A stretch of 64,000 nucleotides of DNA from Escherichia phage ECO07P2. Both the position numbers and the translations under genes were made by a program. The stretch lies in sequence record OP172785; one strand, written 5' to 3'. Below, in pieces: positions 9,119-21,264 of this stretch. Each line of letters starts with the position of its first letter. Positions within the stretch are counted from its first letter, which is position 1. The notes under the pieces are model-generated. The model worked only from the letters and a program-made list of their open reading frames with translations. It searched no databases and had not been told where the DNA came from.

Positions 9119-10578
9119 AAACCAGTTACCTCATGAAAATCACCAAATACATCCTCGAATGTATTAGCTTTAGTTTTATCTTCACGTAAACGAATCGCAA
9201 TCGGAAGAAATAATTTAACGTAATCAGTGCGGCCGTCAGATTTTAACCAACCATTGCATTCACATTCTAGAATTTTTCCAATATAATAATTTTGGTTTTC
9301 CATAATGCGAGTACGGTCAAGTTCATGTGATTTTACACCGGCTTTATCTTTTAAGCCTGAACCAGCATTCACTTTAATTTTTCCACATTCTGATTCAAGA
9401 ATAAATCCACCGGCTTTAGTAGGGTCTTTACGGTGAGGATAAATTCCTACAATTTTTAAATCAACATCAATTACTTCTTTAAATTTATAGAGATTTTTTG
9501 AACGAGCATTTTCCCATAATCCATCGATATTTTTGAGAATAATACCTTCAAGACCTTGGTCAATATATTTTTTATAAATTACCTTAGCTTCATCTAGGTT
9601 ATTTACTACCTGGTTTTCAATTAAAATTACTTTATCATATCCTGATGTCATTTGTTCTAGTTTAGAAAAACGTACATCATATTTTAAACGAAACGCCGGA
9701 AGACCGTATATTTCTACCAACGGGACATAATCCCAGACCTGAAACTTCATACATTGAGCTTCTTTTTCAGAAATGGTTCCTTTTAAGGATTTATTGGCGA
9801 TTCCATTAGAAGTAGTACGAGATTCCGCTACTTCGGCGAATTCTTTAGCTTTACTAATTTCAGGATAAGCATCAAAAAGAAAATCTAGGCCTTCTGGTTC
9901 CTTTTTAACTTGCTCATGGTATACCAATTCGCCATCAATTAACACACCTTCTGGATGAATCTGGCGGGCTTCAGCAGTCATTTTGATTAACTCTTCCTTA
10001 AGAAGATCTAATCCTAGATATTCATTACCAGCTCGTGATAAAAGACGAACATCATCTAATTCATCGCCTCGGACTTCAGCAAAACACCGAGCTCCATCTG
10101 CTTTTAACTGCGCAAAGGCTGGAAACTTGATATTCTTACTAATGCCTTTTTCATCATAAGAACTTGCCAGCATTTGAGGTTGTTCAGGAATTAAACCTGG
10201 CCAAACTTTATTTGCAATAGATACTGAAGCACCGCATTCAAGGTCTCGCATCATAACTCGACGCAAAACTTCAACATCATCCTTTTTACCATCGGTGATA
10301 TATCCAATTAATTCCTCAATTGCCGCATTTCCAGTCAATTTCCGAGTAGCTAACGTGAATTCAATGAAGTCAAGCATATCGGTAATAGTCAGCATTCCAA
10401 AACTCTGGGTAGCAATACCAGGTTTAGGCCATTTCTTGATATAATACTGTAACCCACGAGAATAAGTTAGACGATATACTCGTTTAAGCAATTCATTATC
10501 TTTATTCTTTTCAAGAATTGCTTGCTTCTGCTTAGTTGATCCAATAGATGCTATTTCATTCAGAATTTTAAGAATCAT
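9115..10578 (-). CDS. 30: ATP-dependent DNA ligase gp30
   Basis: 487 aa; adenylation motif KADGAR (KxDG); sequence recognisable as T4-type DNA ligase. Confidence 0.95.
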   Translation of the reverse strand: MILKILNEIASIGSTKQKQAILEKNKDNELLKRVYRLTYSRGLQYYIKKWPKPGIATQSFGMLTITDMLDFIEFTLATRKLTGNAAIEELIGYITDGKKDDVEVLRRVMMRDLECGASVSIANKVWPGLIPEQPQMLASSYDEKGISKNIKFPAFAQLKADGARCFAEVRGDELDDVRLLSRAGNEYLGLDLLKEELIKMTAEARQIHPEGVLIDGELVYHEQVKKEPEGLDFLFDAYPEISKAKEFAEVAESRTTSNGIANKSLKGTISEKEAQCMKFQVWDYVPLVEIYGLPAFRLKYDVRFSKLEQMTSGYDKVILIENQVVNNLDEAKVIYKKYIDQGLEGIILKNIDGLWENARSKNLYKFKEVIDVDLKIVGIYPHRKDPTKAGGFILESECGKIKVNAGSGLKDKAGVKSHELDRTRIMENQNYYIGKILECECNGWLKSDGRTDYVKLFLPIAIRLREDKTKANTFEDVFGDFHEVTGL

Positions 10579-10844
10579 TGTTCATCCTTCAGAGTTTGAT
10601 TTACAGCTCTATTATAAATCAATTCATCATTAAGCTCAGTCAAAGACTTATGATATGTAGTTCTAACTTTATTTCCTTGCATCCAGTGCTTGACGTAAAT
10701 GAAACCTTGCTCTACACATTTTTTAAAAATTCGTTCGTCTTTTTGAGCTCTGAATTCTGGATTGCATCTAAAAAATTGATTTACGTGACCGTAATCACGC
10801 GTAGTATTACCTTCATTTTCATAAATAGTGTGAACGACAAACAT
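10575..10844 (-). CDS. hypothetical protein (30.1 position)
   Basis: 89 aa; stop/start overlaps with flanking genes on minus strand. Confidence 0.5.
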   Translation of the reverse strand: MFVVHTIYENEGNTTRDYGHVNQFFRCNPEFRAQKDERIFKKCVEQGFIYVKHWMQGNKVRTTYHKSLTELNDELIYNRAVNQTLKDEQ

Positions 10845-11683
10845 TAGAATGCTCCTTGGAAAATATTATCACCACAAGTAGGTCTATTATACAAATACTC
10901 TATTCCACCAGGTTTAATATAGTTCCATGTCTGAAACGGATGTGTCTGATATGGATGATATAGATGATTATAAGGATTAAATCCAGGAGTTCTCCAGGTA
11001 GTGTTCCAACGAAAAGAATCATTTTTAATCATCTTTTCAATTATATTTTTTATAGCTTTTTCGCTATCAAAACTTTCTTTATTTTCCTTTGGTGAAAAAA
11101 GCTTATTTTCTACATCATTCCATGTATAAACTCGCTGAGCGGTTTTTGGAATATTGTCACGCTCTCCTCGCGCCATCCAATAAACAGGAACATTTAATAT
11201 TTCACTCGCATGGTCGCAGTGGTGAGCGAGATCGTCAATATAACAAATTACGTTATATTTCTCTTTTGCCTTTTTAAATAACTCTTCTTTTGAAGAATCA
11301 TGACCACACATCATTACTTCTGAGAAGGCACCAGGAAAAAGAGCATTCAAATTAAATTGACGATTCAGCAGAGCGTCAATAGAATCACCCAATGCTGTAA
11401 CAGCTACAAAATTATAATCTTCTTTTAGTTTGTTAATTACGCACAGGGCATCTTTATATGGAGACAAGTAACGAATAAAATCTGATCGATTGTATTTTTC
11501 AATTAGCTTGACACCAAGTTCTTCATCACAATTAAAGAGTTTACCTGGAGAAATAAATTTCTCATCTTGGATCATTTTTAAAATATGTTCTAACGGAAGA
11601 TTATATTTCTGAGCAAAATAAGGAAGACCTGATTGCCAGCTTAAACATACTCCATCAATATCAGTTAAAATAGTAGGCTTCAT
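10844..11683 (-). CDS. HAD-superfamily hydrolase-like protein (30.2 position)
   Basis: 279 aa; N-terminal ILTDIDGV (DxDx[TV] HAD motif I) and later YIDDLAHH (motif IV-like). Confidence 0.6.
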   Translation of the reverse strand: MKPTILTDIDGVCLSWQSGLPYFAQKYNLPLEHILKMIQDEKFISPGKLFNCDEELGVKLIEKYNRSDFIRYLSPYKDALCVINKLKEDYNFVAVTALGDSIDALLNRQFNLNALFPGAFSEVMMCGHDSSKEELFKKAKEKYNVICYIDDLAHHCDHASEILNVPVYWMARGERDNIPKTAQRVYTWNDVENKLFSPKENKESFDSEKAIKNIIEKMIKNDSFRWNTTWRTPGFNPYNHLYHPYQTHPFQTWNYIKPGGIEYLYNRPTCGDNIFQGAF

Positions 11684-12144
11684 AGAGAGTCTCTTAATAG
11701 GTTTAACACATCAATAAATTCAGCTTCGGTTAGTATTGTATCATCTTTTGTTAGACCACTAGCCATGCTGTGCTTCAAAACTTTTCCTTTCGAGGCTTGT
11801 AATGCATCACGAAAGCCCCTGTTTTGGATCGCTGCTTCAAAATATGCATTTGTGTATAATTCTTTCCATGCTTCGGAATATCTTGAAAACGGAACTCCAA
11901 GCCAGAAGAGGGTCCCACGGTCCTGAGCTCTAGCATAAGCTCGTCCAGCTTGTTGGGCGGCAAGCCCGGATAACCCAAATATACGACGTTGGTGTTCAAC
12001 ATTTTTCACCTTACATCCTTGGAGGAATCCTTCGAGACCTCCGAATTGAATACCATCCATGACGAAAGGCCATTGGGCGAAATTACTTAATGCACATGAT
12101 GGCCATCTAAAATTGCTTCTTATCTCTAACTCAGACATTTTCAA
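11680..12144 (-). CDS. NADAR/YbiA-like (DUF1768-like) protein, tentative (30.3 position)
   Basis: 154 aa; LSNFAQWPFVMDG resembles YbiA FSNFAAWP..DG core; assignment from memory of the family motif, not a search. Confidence 0.45.
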   Translation of the reverse strand: MKMSELEIRSNFRWPSCALSNFAQWPFVMDGIQFGGLEGFLQGCKVKNVEHQRRIFGLSGLAAQQAGRAYARAQDRGTLFWLGVPFSRYSEAWKELYTNAYFEAAIQNRGFRDALQASKGKVLKHSMASGLTKDDTILTEAEFIDVLNLLRDSL

Positions 12145-12337
12145 TACTTATAATTTCAACATCAGCCCAATGACCATAGCAAGGAAGACGAAATTCAACT
12201 GGCCAGTTAGGATCCTTTTCTAATATAATAGACTGAACTTGTGGCTCTTCATGTTCATCGGTATACGGACCTTTATACGTTACTTTATATGTGACCTTAA
12301 TGTACTGAATTCCAAAAATCTTATTAATTATATTCAT
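12131..12337 (-). CDS. hypothetical protein
   Basis: 68 aa ORF in tightly packed minus-strand operon. Confidence 0.45.
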   Translation of the reverse strand: MNIINKIFGIQYIKVTYKVTYKGPYTDEHEEPQVQSIILEKDPNWPVEFRLPCYGHWADVEIISIENV

Positions 12338-12531
12338 ATTAATTCCTTTAATCCGTAAATAGGAGATAATTCATCACCCATACGAAGGTCTTCATTTCCA
12401 TCTACCCAGGAAACAATATAAGCCTCTTTTATTTGAATACCACTCCATTTAAATGGAGGTAGAACCTTAGAAATTAATCCAGGTATACCAACTCCCTTTA
12501 ATTCAACAGTTTGACCTAAAAAGAATTTCAT
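12334..12531 (-). CDS. hypothetical protein
   Basis: 65 aa ORF, ATGA-type overlaps. Confidence 0.45.
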   Translation of the reverse strand: MKFFLGQTVELKGVGIPGLISKVLPPFKWSGIQIKEAYIVSWVDGNEDLRMGDELSPIYGLKELI

Positions 12532-12818
12532 TAGAACCTCATCTGAAAACCATGCGATTTAACATTACCGCCGCCGATATCAGAAATGTTAATTTCGCGC
12601 GCGATTGAATGGTCAATGTCAATTTCACGGTTGAGTTTAGTGATAGCTAGAGTATCACGCCCATTTACAGTACGGAACTCTAAAGGACATACTACATTAA
12701 CATAGTTTTTAATCGATTCACTGGTAGGCTGCAAATGAGCAGGAAGGTCTTTAGGCGCCTTAGAGAAAACTACTTCGCAGAAGTTTTTACGAGTATCAAA
12801 ATAAGTAGTCATAAACAT
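12531..12818 (-). CDS. hypothetical protein
   Basis: 95 aa; SD gaggaaaatactATG; preceded by GC hairpin 12835-12850. Confidence 0.5.
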   Translation of the reverse strand: MFMTTYFDTRKNFCEVVFSKAPKDLPAHLQPTSESIKNYVNVVCPLEFRTVNGRDTLAITKLNREIDIDHSIAREINISDIGGGNVKSHGFQMRF

Positions 12819-12864
12819 AGTATTTTCCTCAGTAAGGGGCCGAAGCCCCTTATTTTATTTTATT

Positions 12865-13230
12865 TTAAATATCAAATTCGTTAAGAACTACATCAAAGAT
12901 TGCTTCAAGATGCTCAGGTTTAGCTCTATTACTCAGAATATGACGAATCCAAGTTTTAACCAGAAGCTTACGATTAACGCCATTCCAGCAAGGATGAGTC
13001 CCTAAATCACGTTGACGAAAATCATCATCCAAAGCGATTTTAAAAGAAGAACCTTCTTTCGTGATTGAAACCGTAATGCCATTTTCAAATCGCATATAAA
13101 CGTAGTTAGGAGTCATATACTGTTCAATTTCGCATACTGATCCATTTTGATGTTTCCAAAGGCAAATAGTATCAATAGAACCTGCAATACCGTTAGAAAC
13201 ATATTTACGTTCAAAGTTGATGTAGTTCAT
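12865..13230 (-). CDS. hypothetical protein
   Basis: 121 aa ORF. Confidence 0.5.
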   Translation of the reverse strand: MNYINFERKYVSNGIAGSIDTICLWKHQNGSVCEIEQYMTPNYVYMRFENGITVSITKEGSSFKIALDDDFRQRDLGTHPCWNGVNRKLLVKTWIRHILSNRAKPEHLEAIFDVVLNEFDI

Positions 13231-13298
13231 TTTTATTCTCCGAGATGTTTAATTGCGGTACAGGTATATAATATCATATCCTGTACCAAAGTAAACAA

Positions 13299-13631
13299 TT
13301 ATTTTACTACTTTCCAATGCTTCATGTCAAGTTTACCAACTTTTTTCATCTTCTCAATTAAGCGTTCGGCACGTTGGCGAGCTGTAACATAATACCATTC
13401 GCCTAATTCATTTTGTTCAATTTTTCCAACGATTACTGTATTCAATTCATAAATCCAACCAGTAAAGAAATTATGAACTTGAATTGTAAAGGTGAAATCT
13501 GTTCCCATACCTTCTGTTGTTTCTACTTCAATAATATCACCTTCAACTGCCATTAAGAACCACATAGTTTCATCATATTTACCATTGAAGCATTTAGTTT
13601 TAACTGTAGCGTTCAGATTAATCGTTTTCAT
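13299..13631 (-). CDS. hypothetical protein
   Basis: 110 aa ORF; early promoter cassette upstream at 13659-13689. Confidence 0.5.
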   Translation of the reverse strand: MKTINLNATVKTKCFNGKYDETMWFLMAVEGDIIEVETTEGMGTDFTFTIQVHNFFTGWIYELNTVIVGKIEQNELGEWYYVTARQRAERLIEKMKKVGKLDMKHWKVVK

Positions 13632-13658
13632 TTTATTCTCCTTTGTTTGTGTAAGATA

Positions 13659-13689
13659 ATACTATCACAAAGGAACTATACTGTAAACA
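13659..13689 (-). promoter_or_regulatory. early-type promoter (GTTTAC -35, TGATAGTAT extended -10)
   Basis: minus-strand GTTTAC ... TGATAGTAT upstream of 13631 start. Confidence 0.5.
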
Positions 13690-13705
13690 ACTTTGTGCAA
13701 TCTTT

Positions 13706-13740
13706 GGAAAATAAAAAAGGACTCCCGAAGGAGTCCTCAA
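13706..13740 (-). terminator. rho-independent terminator (GAGGACTCC-TTCG-GGAGTCCTC hairpin plus U-run)
   Basis: minus strand reads gaggactccttcgggagtcc followed by ttttttatttt, directly after stop of 13742 ORF. Confidence 0.7.
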
Positions 13741-13741
13741 C

Positions 13742-13918
13742 TTATGCTTTCTGCTTACCAAAACGAGAAGCATCATCTCGAAGAACCGCACGTGCTCGAC
13801 GCATGATCTTCTCAACAGTTTGATTGATACGAGAGTTCGACCCACGCTTGTAGCCAGCGCGTTTAGAATCACCAACTTTCTTTTCAACTGCTTTCTTTGC
13901 TTTAACTTGTTTTGCCAT
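13742..13918 (-). CDS. small basic protein (Lys/Arg-rich; 30.9 position)
   Basis: 58 aa from MAKQVKAKK...; start chosen at internal Met with AAGAGAA upstream; longer track ORF (to 13960) lacks SD. Confidence 0.45.
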   Translation of the reverse strand: MAKQVKAKKAVEKKVGDSKRAGYKRGSNSRINQTVEKIMRRARAVLRDDASRFGKQKA

Positions 13919-14111
13919 TATAAATTCTCTTTTAAATGAAAATGCAGGACTTATTGGCATTGCCTGCGCAAGCCCTCAAGGGGAACATAGGTTTTGGATA
14001 TTTAACGACAGGATAACCATAAACCCGTCATCATTCAAGAGGTACACCGTAAAACAAAGTTCGACGGCTCCTCGTTTTAACTTCACACTAAGGCAGTGAC
14101 TCTCCAATAAA

Positions 14112-14360
14112 TTACTTCAGTGTTACCACAAAGTGACGAACTGCTTTTCGTGCAGCAGAAGCCAGAGGCTTAGCATACTTAAGTTCATCTTTTTCCTGAA
14201 GCTCAGCAGCTAATGCAGTTTGAGCAGGATTCAGATGTTTGAAATAACGCAGGATTTCAAGAGCTTCGGCTTCAACATCAATAGATGCACCATAGTTTTC
14301 GTGACCATTATTCCATGCGTTTCGTTGCAGTTCAAGAGCGTGTTGTAATTGTTTAATCAT
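14112..14360 (-). CDS. rIII: rIII lysis-inhibition accessory protein
   Basis: 82 aa; position between 30.x genes and gene 31; length matches T4 RIII. Confidence 0.8.
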   Translation of the reverse strand: MIKQLQHALELQRNAWNNGHENYGASIDVEAEALEILRYFKHLNPAQTALAAELQEKDELKYAKPLASAARKAVRHFVVTLK

Positions 14361-14507
14361 TTAAAAATTCTCGTTAGAGATTAAAACTCGGTAGTCACGT
14401 TCTTCTGAATTTCATCTTCTTTCGACAGATCTCTCAGTTGTAGACTACCACGTAGAATTGTTCGGTTAACTTATTATTCCGACACCCAATTCATATTATT
14501 ATTTATA

Positions 14508-14843
14508 TCACTTATAAAGACACGGAATAGCTTTATAGTGACAGGTAACGAATTTTTGTTTAATTTCTTTTGGCTGCTTAAGACCCAGAGCTACAAAAGG
14601 ATGCGGAACATTTCGAATTTGACCAACTGGAAGAGAAGTCAAATCACCGACTTCGCAGAAACCTTCAGGAACATCAGGACCAACAGAGTGAACTACACAC
14701 AGTTCAGGAACTTCACCTTGAACACGTTTACCGATAATGAGTCCTGATTCTGTAACTTCTTCATCACCAGCCTGTGCAGGTTCAGAAACTAAAATAACAT
14801 ATTCACCGACAGCACGAATTGGCAGCTGTTGTACTTCAGACAT
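14508..14843 (-). CDS. 31: co-chaperonin gp31 (GroES-like, capsid folding)
   Basis: 111 aa; length and position as T4 gp31. Confidence 0.85.
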
Positions 14844-14899
14844 CGTTTTTCCTTTTTGTTAGCAGATGAATTAATAATAACAAATAATTCTTAAAGCAT

Positions 14900-15208
14900 T
14901 TATTTACCAATAAATTGAAGCAAATGCTCAACTTTCATACCATTAACGGAAATCAATTTGTCAATAGAAAAACCTCGCCATGCACCAAGCTCAACATCAA
15001 ATACTGGAATCATATCAGTAGATTCTTTCCGAGTAGATTCAGTCAATTTACCGGTTTGCATGGTTGGCATAAAGTCTGCATCACGAGTACCTTTCATAGT
15101 ACGAATAGTACCATCAGACTTTTCAAAAACTACGTTTGAAACACCCATGGACAGTTTAGTTTTCAAAATTTCACGAATTGATACTTTCTGCTCAGTTGTC
15201 AGTTTCAT
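14900..15208 (-). CDS. hypothetical protein (31.1 position)
   Basis: 102 aa ORF. Confidence 0.5.
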   Translation of the reverse strand: MKLTTEQKVSIREILKTKLSMGVSNVVFEKSDGTIRTMKGTRDADFMPTMQTGKLTESTRKESTDMIPVFDVELGAWRGFSIDKLISVNGMKVEHLLQFIGK

Positions 15209-15445
15209 TTATTTACCTATTACAGTTTTAATATGAGTTGTTCCACGTTCTTTAAGGGTGGAAAGTAATTTTTGGCATTTTTCTAAATCAGATTTCCAGC
15301 TATATGGTCTATCAATACAAACCCAATTTGTCTTATAATACTGTTTCCATTTAGAGAAAAAATATTTCTTATACTCTACAGCAAATGAAATGTTCTCATT
15401 AGAATAAGAACTAATTGCTGTGAGTTGTACCAAACGAAATTTCAT
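15209..15445 (-). CDS. hypothetical protein (31.2 position)
   Basis: 78 aa ORF. Confidence 0.45.
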   Translation of the reverse strand: MKFRLVQLTAISSYSNENISFAVEYKKYFFSKWKQYYKTNWVCIDRPYSWKSDLEKCQKLLSTLKERGTTHIKTVIGK

Positions 15446-16026
15446 TATTCACCACAGAATTCGTTGATATTTTCCCAATTTAACTTATTCAAGTTTTTCT
15501 TAGGAACATTAAACACTTCAATACCTGCATTTCGCAGAATATCATCCCAGCCAGGTTTATTCTTATCGTATGTTTCACAATAAACTAGCTTTTTAATACC
15601 AGATTGAGCTATCGCTTTTGCGCAATCCGGACAAGGAGAAAGTGTTACATACATAGTAGCACCTTCAATAGAAGAACCATTTCGTGCAGCAAACAAAATT
15701 GCATTTAGTTCAGCATGAATTTCATTTTTAGATGACCATTCCGAGTGAGCACTACGATGTTCTTTCGCCAAGATAAAACGATCAGTTGAACCAAATGATA
15801 CGCATTCAGGCTTATGGCCTTGAATGATAGTATGTTTAGGCTTATTCAACAACCATCCTTGCTCAGCAGCATAATCACAACAGTTCACACCACCTGCCGG
15901 AGAACCATTATATCCGGTAGAAATAATACGTCCATTCTTTTCAATTACTGCTCCTACCTTCCAGGAGCAACATTTGGATTCTTGTGATACTAAATATGCA
16001 ATTTGAAGTACTGTACTCGCTTTCAT
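15445..16026 (-). CDS. cd: dCMP deaminase
   Basis: 193 aa; zinc-dependent deaminase motifs HAELNAI and PCPDCAKAI. Confidence 0.9.
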   Translation of the reverse strand: MKASTVLQIAYLVSQESKCCSWKVGAVIEKNGRIISTGYNGSPAGGVNCCDYAAEQGWLLNKPKHTIIQGHKPECVSFGSTDRFILAKEHRSAHSEWSSKNEIHAELNAILFAARNGSSIEGATMYVTLSPCPDCAKAIAQSGIKKLVYCETYDKNKPGWDDILRNAGIEVFNVPKKNLNKLNWENINEFCGE

Positions 16027-16361
16027 TTCATAATCACCAGATAAGCAGATTTAGCAGTTTCAACACGATAAATTTCATGACGAAGTTTAGTTATACTTTT
16101 AATAACAGAACTAATTATATTCTGCCCATCTTTAAAGCGGTTTTTCTTATCAATAAAAATTGCACCAACCATCTTTTTGTGAAGCTCAACTGGATACTTC
16201 GTCACAATAATAGCATCATACACAGAAGGATGAATACTATTCACTAGAGTATCGTTCATTAAAGTTATTCTAATGAACTGTGCTGTTTCAGAATCAAGCG
16301 CTCTATGATCGCCAGTATCATTTTCAAGACAATTATCAATTATATCAGTTAAATTCATCAT
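16023..16361 (-). CDS. hypothetical protein (cd.1 position)
   Basis: 112 aa ORF overlapping cd start. Confidence 0.5.
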   Translation of the reverse strand: MMNLTDIIDNCLENDTGDHRALDSETAQFIRITLMNDTLVNSIHPSVYDAIIVTKYPVELHKKMVGAIFIDKKNRFKDGQNIISSVIKSITKLRHEIYRVETAKSAYLVIMK

Positions 16362-16594
16362 AGTACGCCATACACCCTTTGTGCTTCAACTAATCCATCA
16401 AAATCCAATTTGAGATGTGTTATTTGGTCACCATCACATGGATTCACAATTACTAATACTGAACGAGGAGTTTCGGTAATAACACGAACCGATGTTTCAG
16501 GAAATCGTTCAGAAACCTTATTTACCAATTCCTGAGCAAATAGTTTAACTTTTTCTTGAAATTCTTTAACAGTAATTGGTTTTTCACTTAGCAT
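16358..16594 (-). CDS. hypothetical protein
   Basis: 78 aa ORF; early promoter 16625-16654 upstream. Confidence 0.5.
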   Translation of the reverse strand: MLSEKPITVKEFQEKVKLFAQELVNKVSERFPETSVRVITETPRSVLVIVNPCDGDQITHLKLDFDGLVEAQRVYGVL

Positions 16595-16624
16595 TTCAAT
16601 TTCCTCATTTATTTTGGTAGAGCT

Positions 16625-16654
16625 ATAATATCACAACTCTACCGTAAAGTAAAC
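16625..16654 (-). promoter_or_regulatory. early-type promoter (GTTTAC -35, TGATATTAT extended -10)
   Basis: minus-strand GTTTAC-18nt-TGATATTAT. Confidence 0.5.
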
Positions 16655-16656
16655 TA

Positions 16657-16962
16657 TTAAATTGCTTTGAATTCTGATGTCTGCGATTCAAAACGAATAT
16701 CGCCTTTGATGACTAGCTCAGCATCAAGACCGAATACGACAATGATATGCGCGGAACCTGGATACAGCGTAATGGCGATAGAATCAACCTGGTCTGGAAG
16801 CAAAGTGTTCAATACATGAGTCACTTGAGCATGAATTCGAAGCTCAGCTGCGTTATCAAGCTTTTCAAACATATTATTAGCTATAATTTGACTAAACACT
16901 ACTTCTACGATTTTAGAATAAGTTGGAAACATATTTACCTCACATAATTTTCTTCGAGCCAA
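16657..16962 (-). CDS. hypothetical protein
   Basis: 101 aa ORF. Confidence 0.5.
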   Translation of the reverse strand: MARRKLCEVNMFPTYSKIVEVVFSQIIANNMFEKLDNAAELRIHAQVTHVLNTLLPDQVDSIAITLYPGSAHIIVVFGLDAELVIKGDIRFESQTSEFKAI

Positions 16963-16996
16963 TTAATAATAGTCCAAGTTTCATGGTGACAAGCCA

Positions 16997-18222
<1,226 letters not shown>

Positions 18223-18225
18223 TTA

Positions 18226-18456
18226 TTATTTCTCAACCAATGATTGAATATAATCATGCAAGTCTTTAGATGCTTTACCCCACTTATTTTGGTATTCATT
18301 TTTAAGATTAGCACGTGATTGAGCTAATAAAACATCATTAGTTGGAGGTAAAGATTCTAATCGTTGAATCTGGCGTCCATAAATCATTGCAGCCATCTCG
18401 GATTCATAAATCAATCCTTTGAGATGTTCAAATTGATGCCATGAAATCATTTGCAT
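18226..18456 (-). CDS. hypothetical protein
   Basis: 76 aa ORF. Confidence 0.45.
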   Translation of the reverse strand: MQMISWHQFEHLKGLIYESEMAAMIYGRQIQRLESLPPTNDVLLAQSRANLKNEYQNKWGKASKDLHDYIQSLVEK

Positions 18457-18746
18457 TTATCCTCTTTTAACTCTTGACGATAATAACATATCATAGTTTT
18501 CTGATCATGTACATATCGTTTTACATCATTAAGCCAAATACGAAATTCCTGGGAATCTTCAAATGGCATACCGACCCAAGCTTTACCATCGATAACTTTA
18601 ACTTGCCAAGATAGTTTAGCTTCATCATATGACTTTATCTGCACAGGCCAATTAGGATGAACTGTTTCTTTCTTTACTTCTAGAGGCTTTGTCGAACAAC
18701 CAACTAGAAGACCAATAGATAATATTACTGCTGATAGTTTAATCAT
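18447..18746 (-). CDS. putative o-spanin (outer-membrane lipoprotein, Rz1 equivalent)
   Basis: 99 aa; signal peptide with lipobox LLVGC; immediately downstream of TM-anchored ORF; T4 pseT.2/pseT.3 region is known to encode the spanins. Confidence 0.6.
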   Translation of the reverse strand: MIKLSAVILSIGLLVGCSTKPLEVKKETVHPNWPVQIKSYDEAKLSWQVKVIDGKAWVGMPFEDSQEFRIWLNDVKRYVHDQKTMICYYRQELKEDKCK

Positions 18747-19096
18747 TTAGAAAGGTCCTGGATGTCTTCTGCGAACTTGTTGAAGGAGTTGTTGATTTGT
18801 TTTTCAACCAATCCTGGCTTACGAGCCACCACATCCGCCTTCTTTGCGTCTTTGCGCAGTTTTTCATTTTCACGCTCAATAGCAGCAATTGCCTCACGAT
18901 TTTTATTATTCATCGCATCAATATAATTATATTGAATTTTTAAATCATTTAATGCTAAAGCGTTTTCATTGGCCGTTTTTGTAATTTCTACAACAGACGT
19001 TTCTAATCTTTCAATTTTACTTTTTAAAATTAAAGAAGTTCCGCCCAATGCAATTACAATTAATAACAAACCTGCTGTCGTATTACTTAATTGCAT
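18743..19096 (-). CDS. putative i-spanin (inner-membrane, Rz equivalent)
   Basis: 117 aa; N-terminal TM helix GLLLIVIALGG then coiled-coil-like region; adjacent to lipoprotein ORF. Confidence 0.6.
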   Translation of the reverse strand: MQLSNTTAGLLLIVIALGGTSLILKSKIERLETSVVEITKTANENALALNDLKIQYNYIDAMNNKNREAIAAIERENEKLRKDAKKADVVARKPGLVEKQINNSFNKFAEDIQDLSK

Positions 19097-19593
19097 AAAG
19101 TTTTAATAACCTCTACAATATCGTCTTTCTCAAGACCGTTAATTAAAATATGATGTTCAGCCGGAGATTTAGAAATTTTAAAGCATGCCTCAACATCTTC
19201 TGCCATATCTGATGCGCTACGATTTGGATTACTAATTCCAAGACGATGTTTTCCCGTTAAAGGATTAACGATGATATAACATTTACAGTTGTTAATATGA
19301 ACATTAGGTTGAGTCTGATTAATGAACACATCACAATCATATTTTGCAAGCTGATTTTCTAAAAAGACTTTCATCTCCTCAACCGCATCAGGAAGCATAT
19401 CACGGGCTTGCTCAAGACGACGATTTCGATATTCTTTAATGGTCGTTTTCCGCTTTGCTTGCTTAGCTAAATCTTTCTTAAGATCGGTGATATATCCAAC
19501 TCGACGATTTCCTTTAAATACAGAAATCCCATCTGTAGTATCACCGTACGCTTCAACGACCATTTCAGTAGTAATAAGCTGTAAATCCATCAT
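19087..19593 (-). CDS. alc: Alc, inhibitor of host transcription elongation on C-containing DNA
   Basis: 168 aa; position between spanins and rnlA; early promoter 19622-19651 upstream. Confidence 0.7.
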   Translation of the reverse strand: MMDLQLITTEMVVEAYGDTTDGISVFKGNRRVGYITDLKKDLAKQAKRKTTIKEYRNRRLEQARDMLPDAVEEMKVFLENQLAKYDCDVFINQTQPNVHINNCKCYIIVNPLTGKHRLGISNPNRSASDMAEDVEACFKISKSPAEHHILINGLEKDDIVEVIKTLCN

Positions 19594-19621
19594 AAAGTCC
19601 TCATGTTATGTCAGTAAGATT

Positions 19622-19651
19622 ACTATAACACAACACGAGGGACTTGTAAAC
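19622..19651 (-). promoter_or_regulatory. early-type promoter, near-identical copy of 4733-4762 cassette
   Basis: shared about 40-nt core catgttatgtcagtaaga.tactataacacaaca...cttgtaaac. Confidence 0.55.
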
Positions 19652-19654
19652 AGC

Positions 19655-21242
<1,588 letters not shown>

Positions 21243-21250
21243 AATAAAAT

Positions 21251-21264
21251 GGGCCTTGCGGCCC
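21251..21264. terminator. GC hairpin GGGCC-TTGC-GGCCC between nrdB and denA
   Basis: palindrome gggccttgcggccc. Confidence 0.4.

Noticed and set aside
10578-10847. 89-aa + strand ORF mirroring the minus-strand 30.1 ORF
   Set aside because: The minus-strand ORF fits the operon with start/stop overlaps to ligase and the next gene; the + strand ORF has no promoter or SD and lies antisense in a minus-strand block.
12835-12850. GC hairpin AGGGGCCGAAGCCCCT as a minus-strand terminator
   Set aside because: No U-run on the minus strand after the hairpin and it sits directly before an SD and ATG; more likely an RNA stability or processing element than a terminator.
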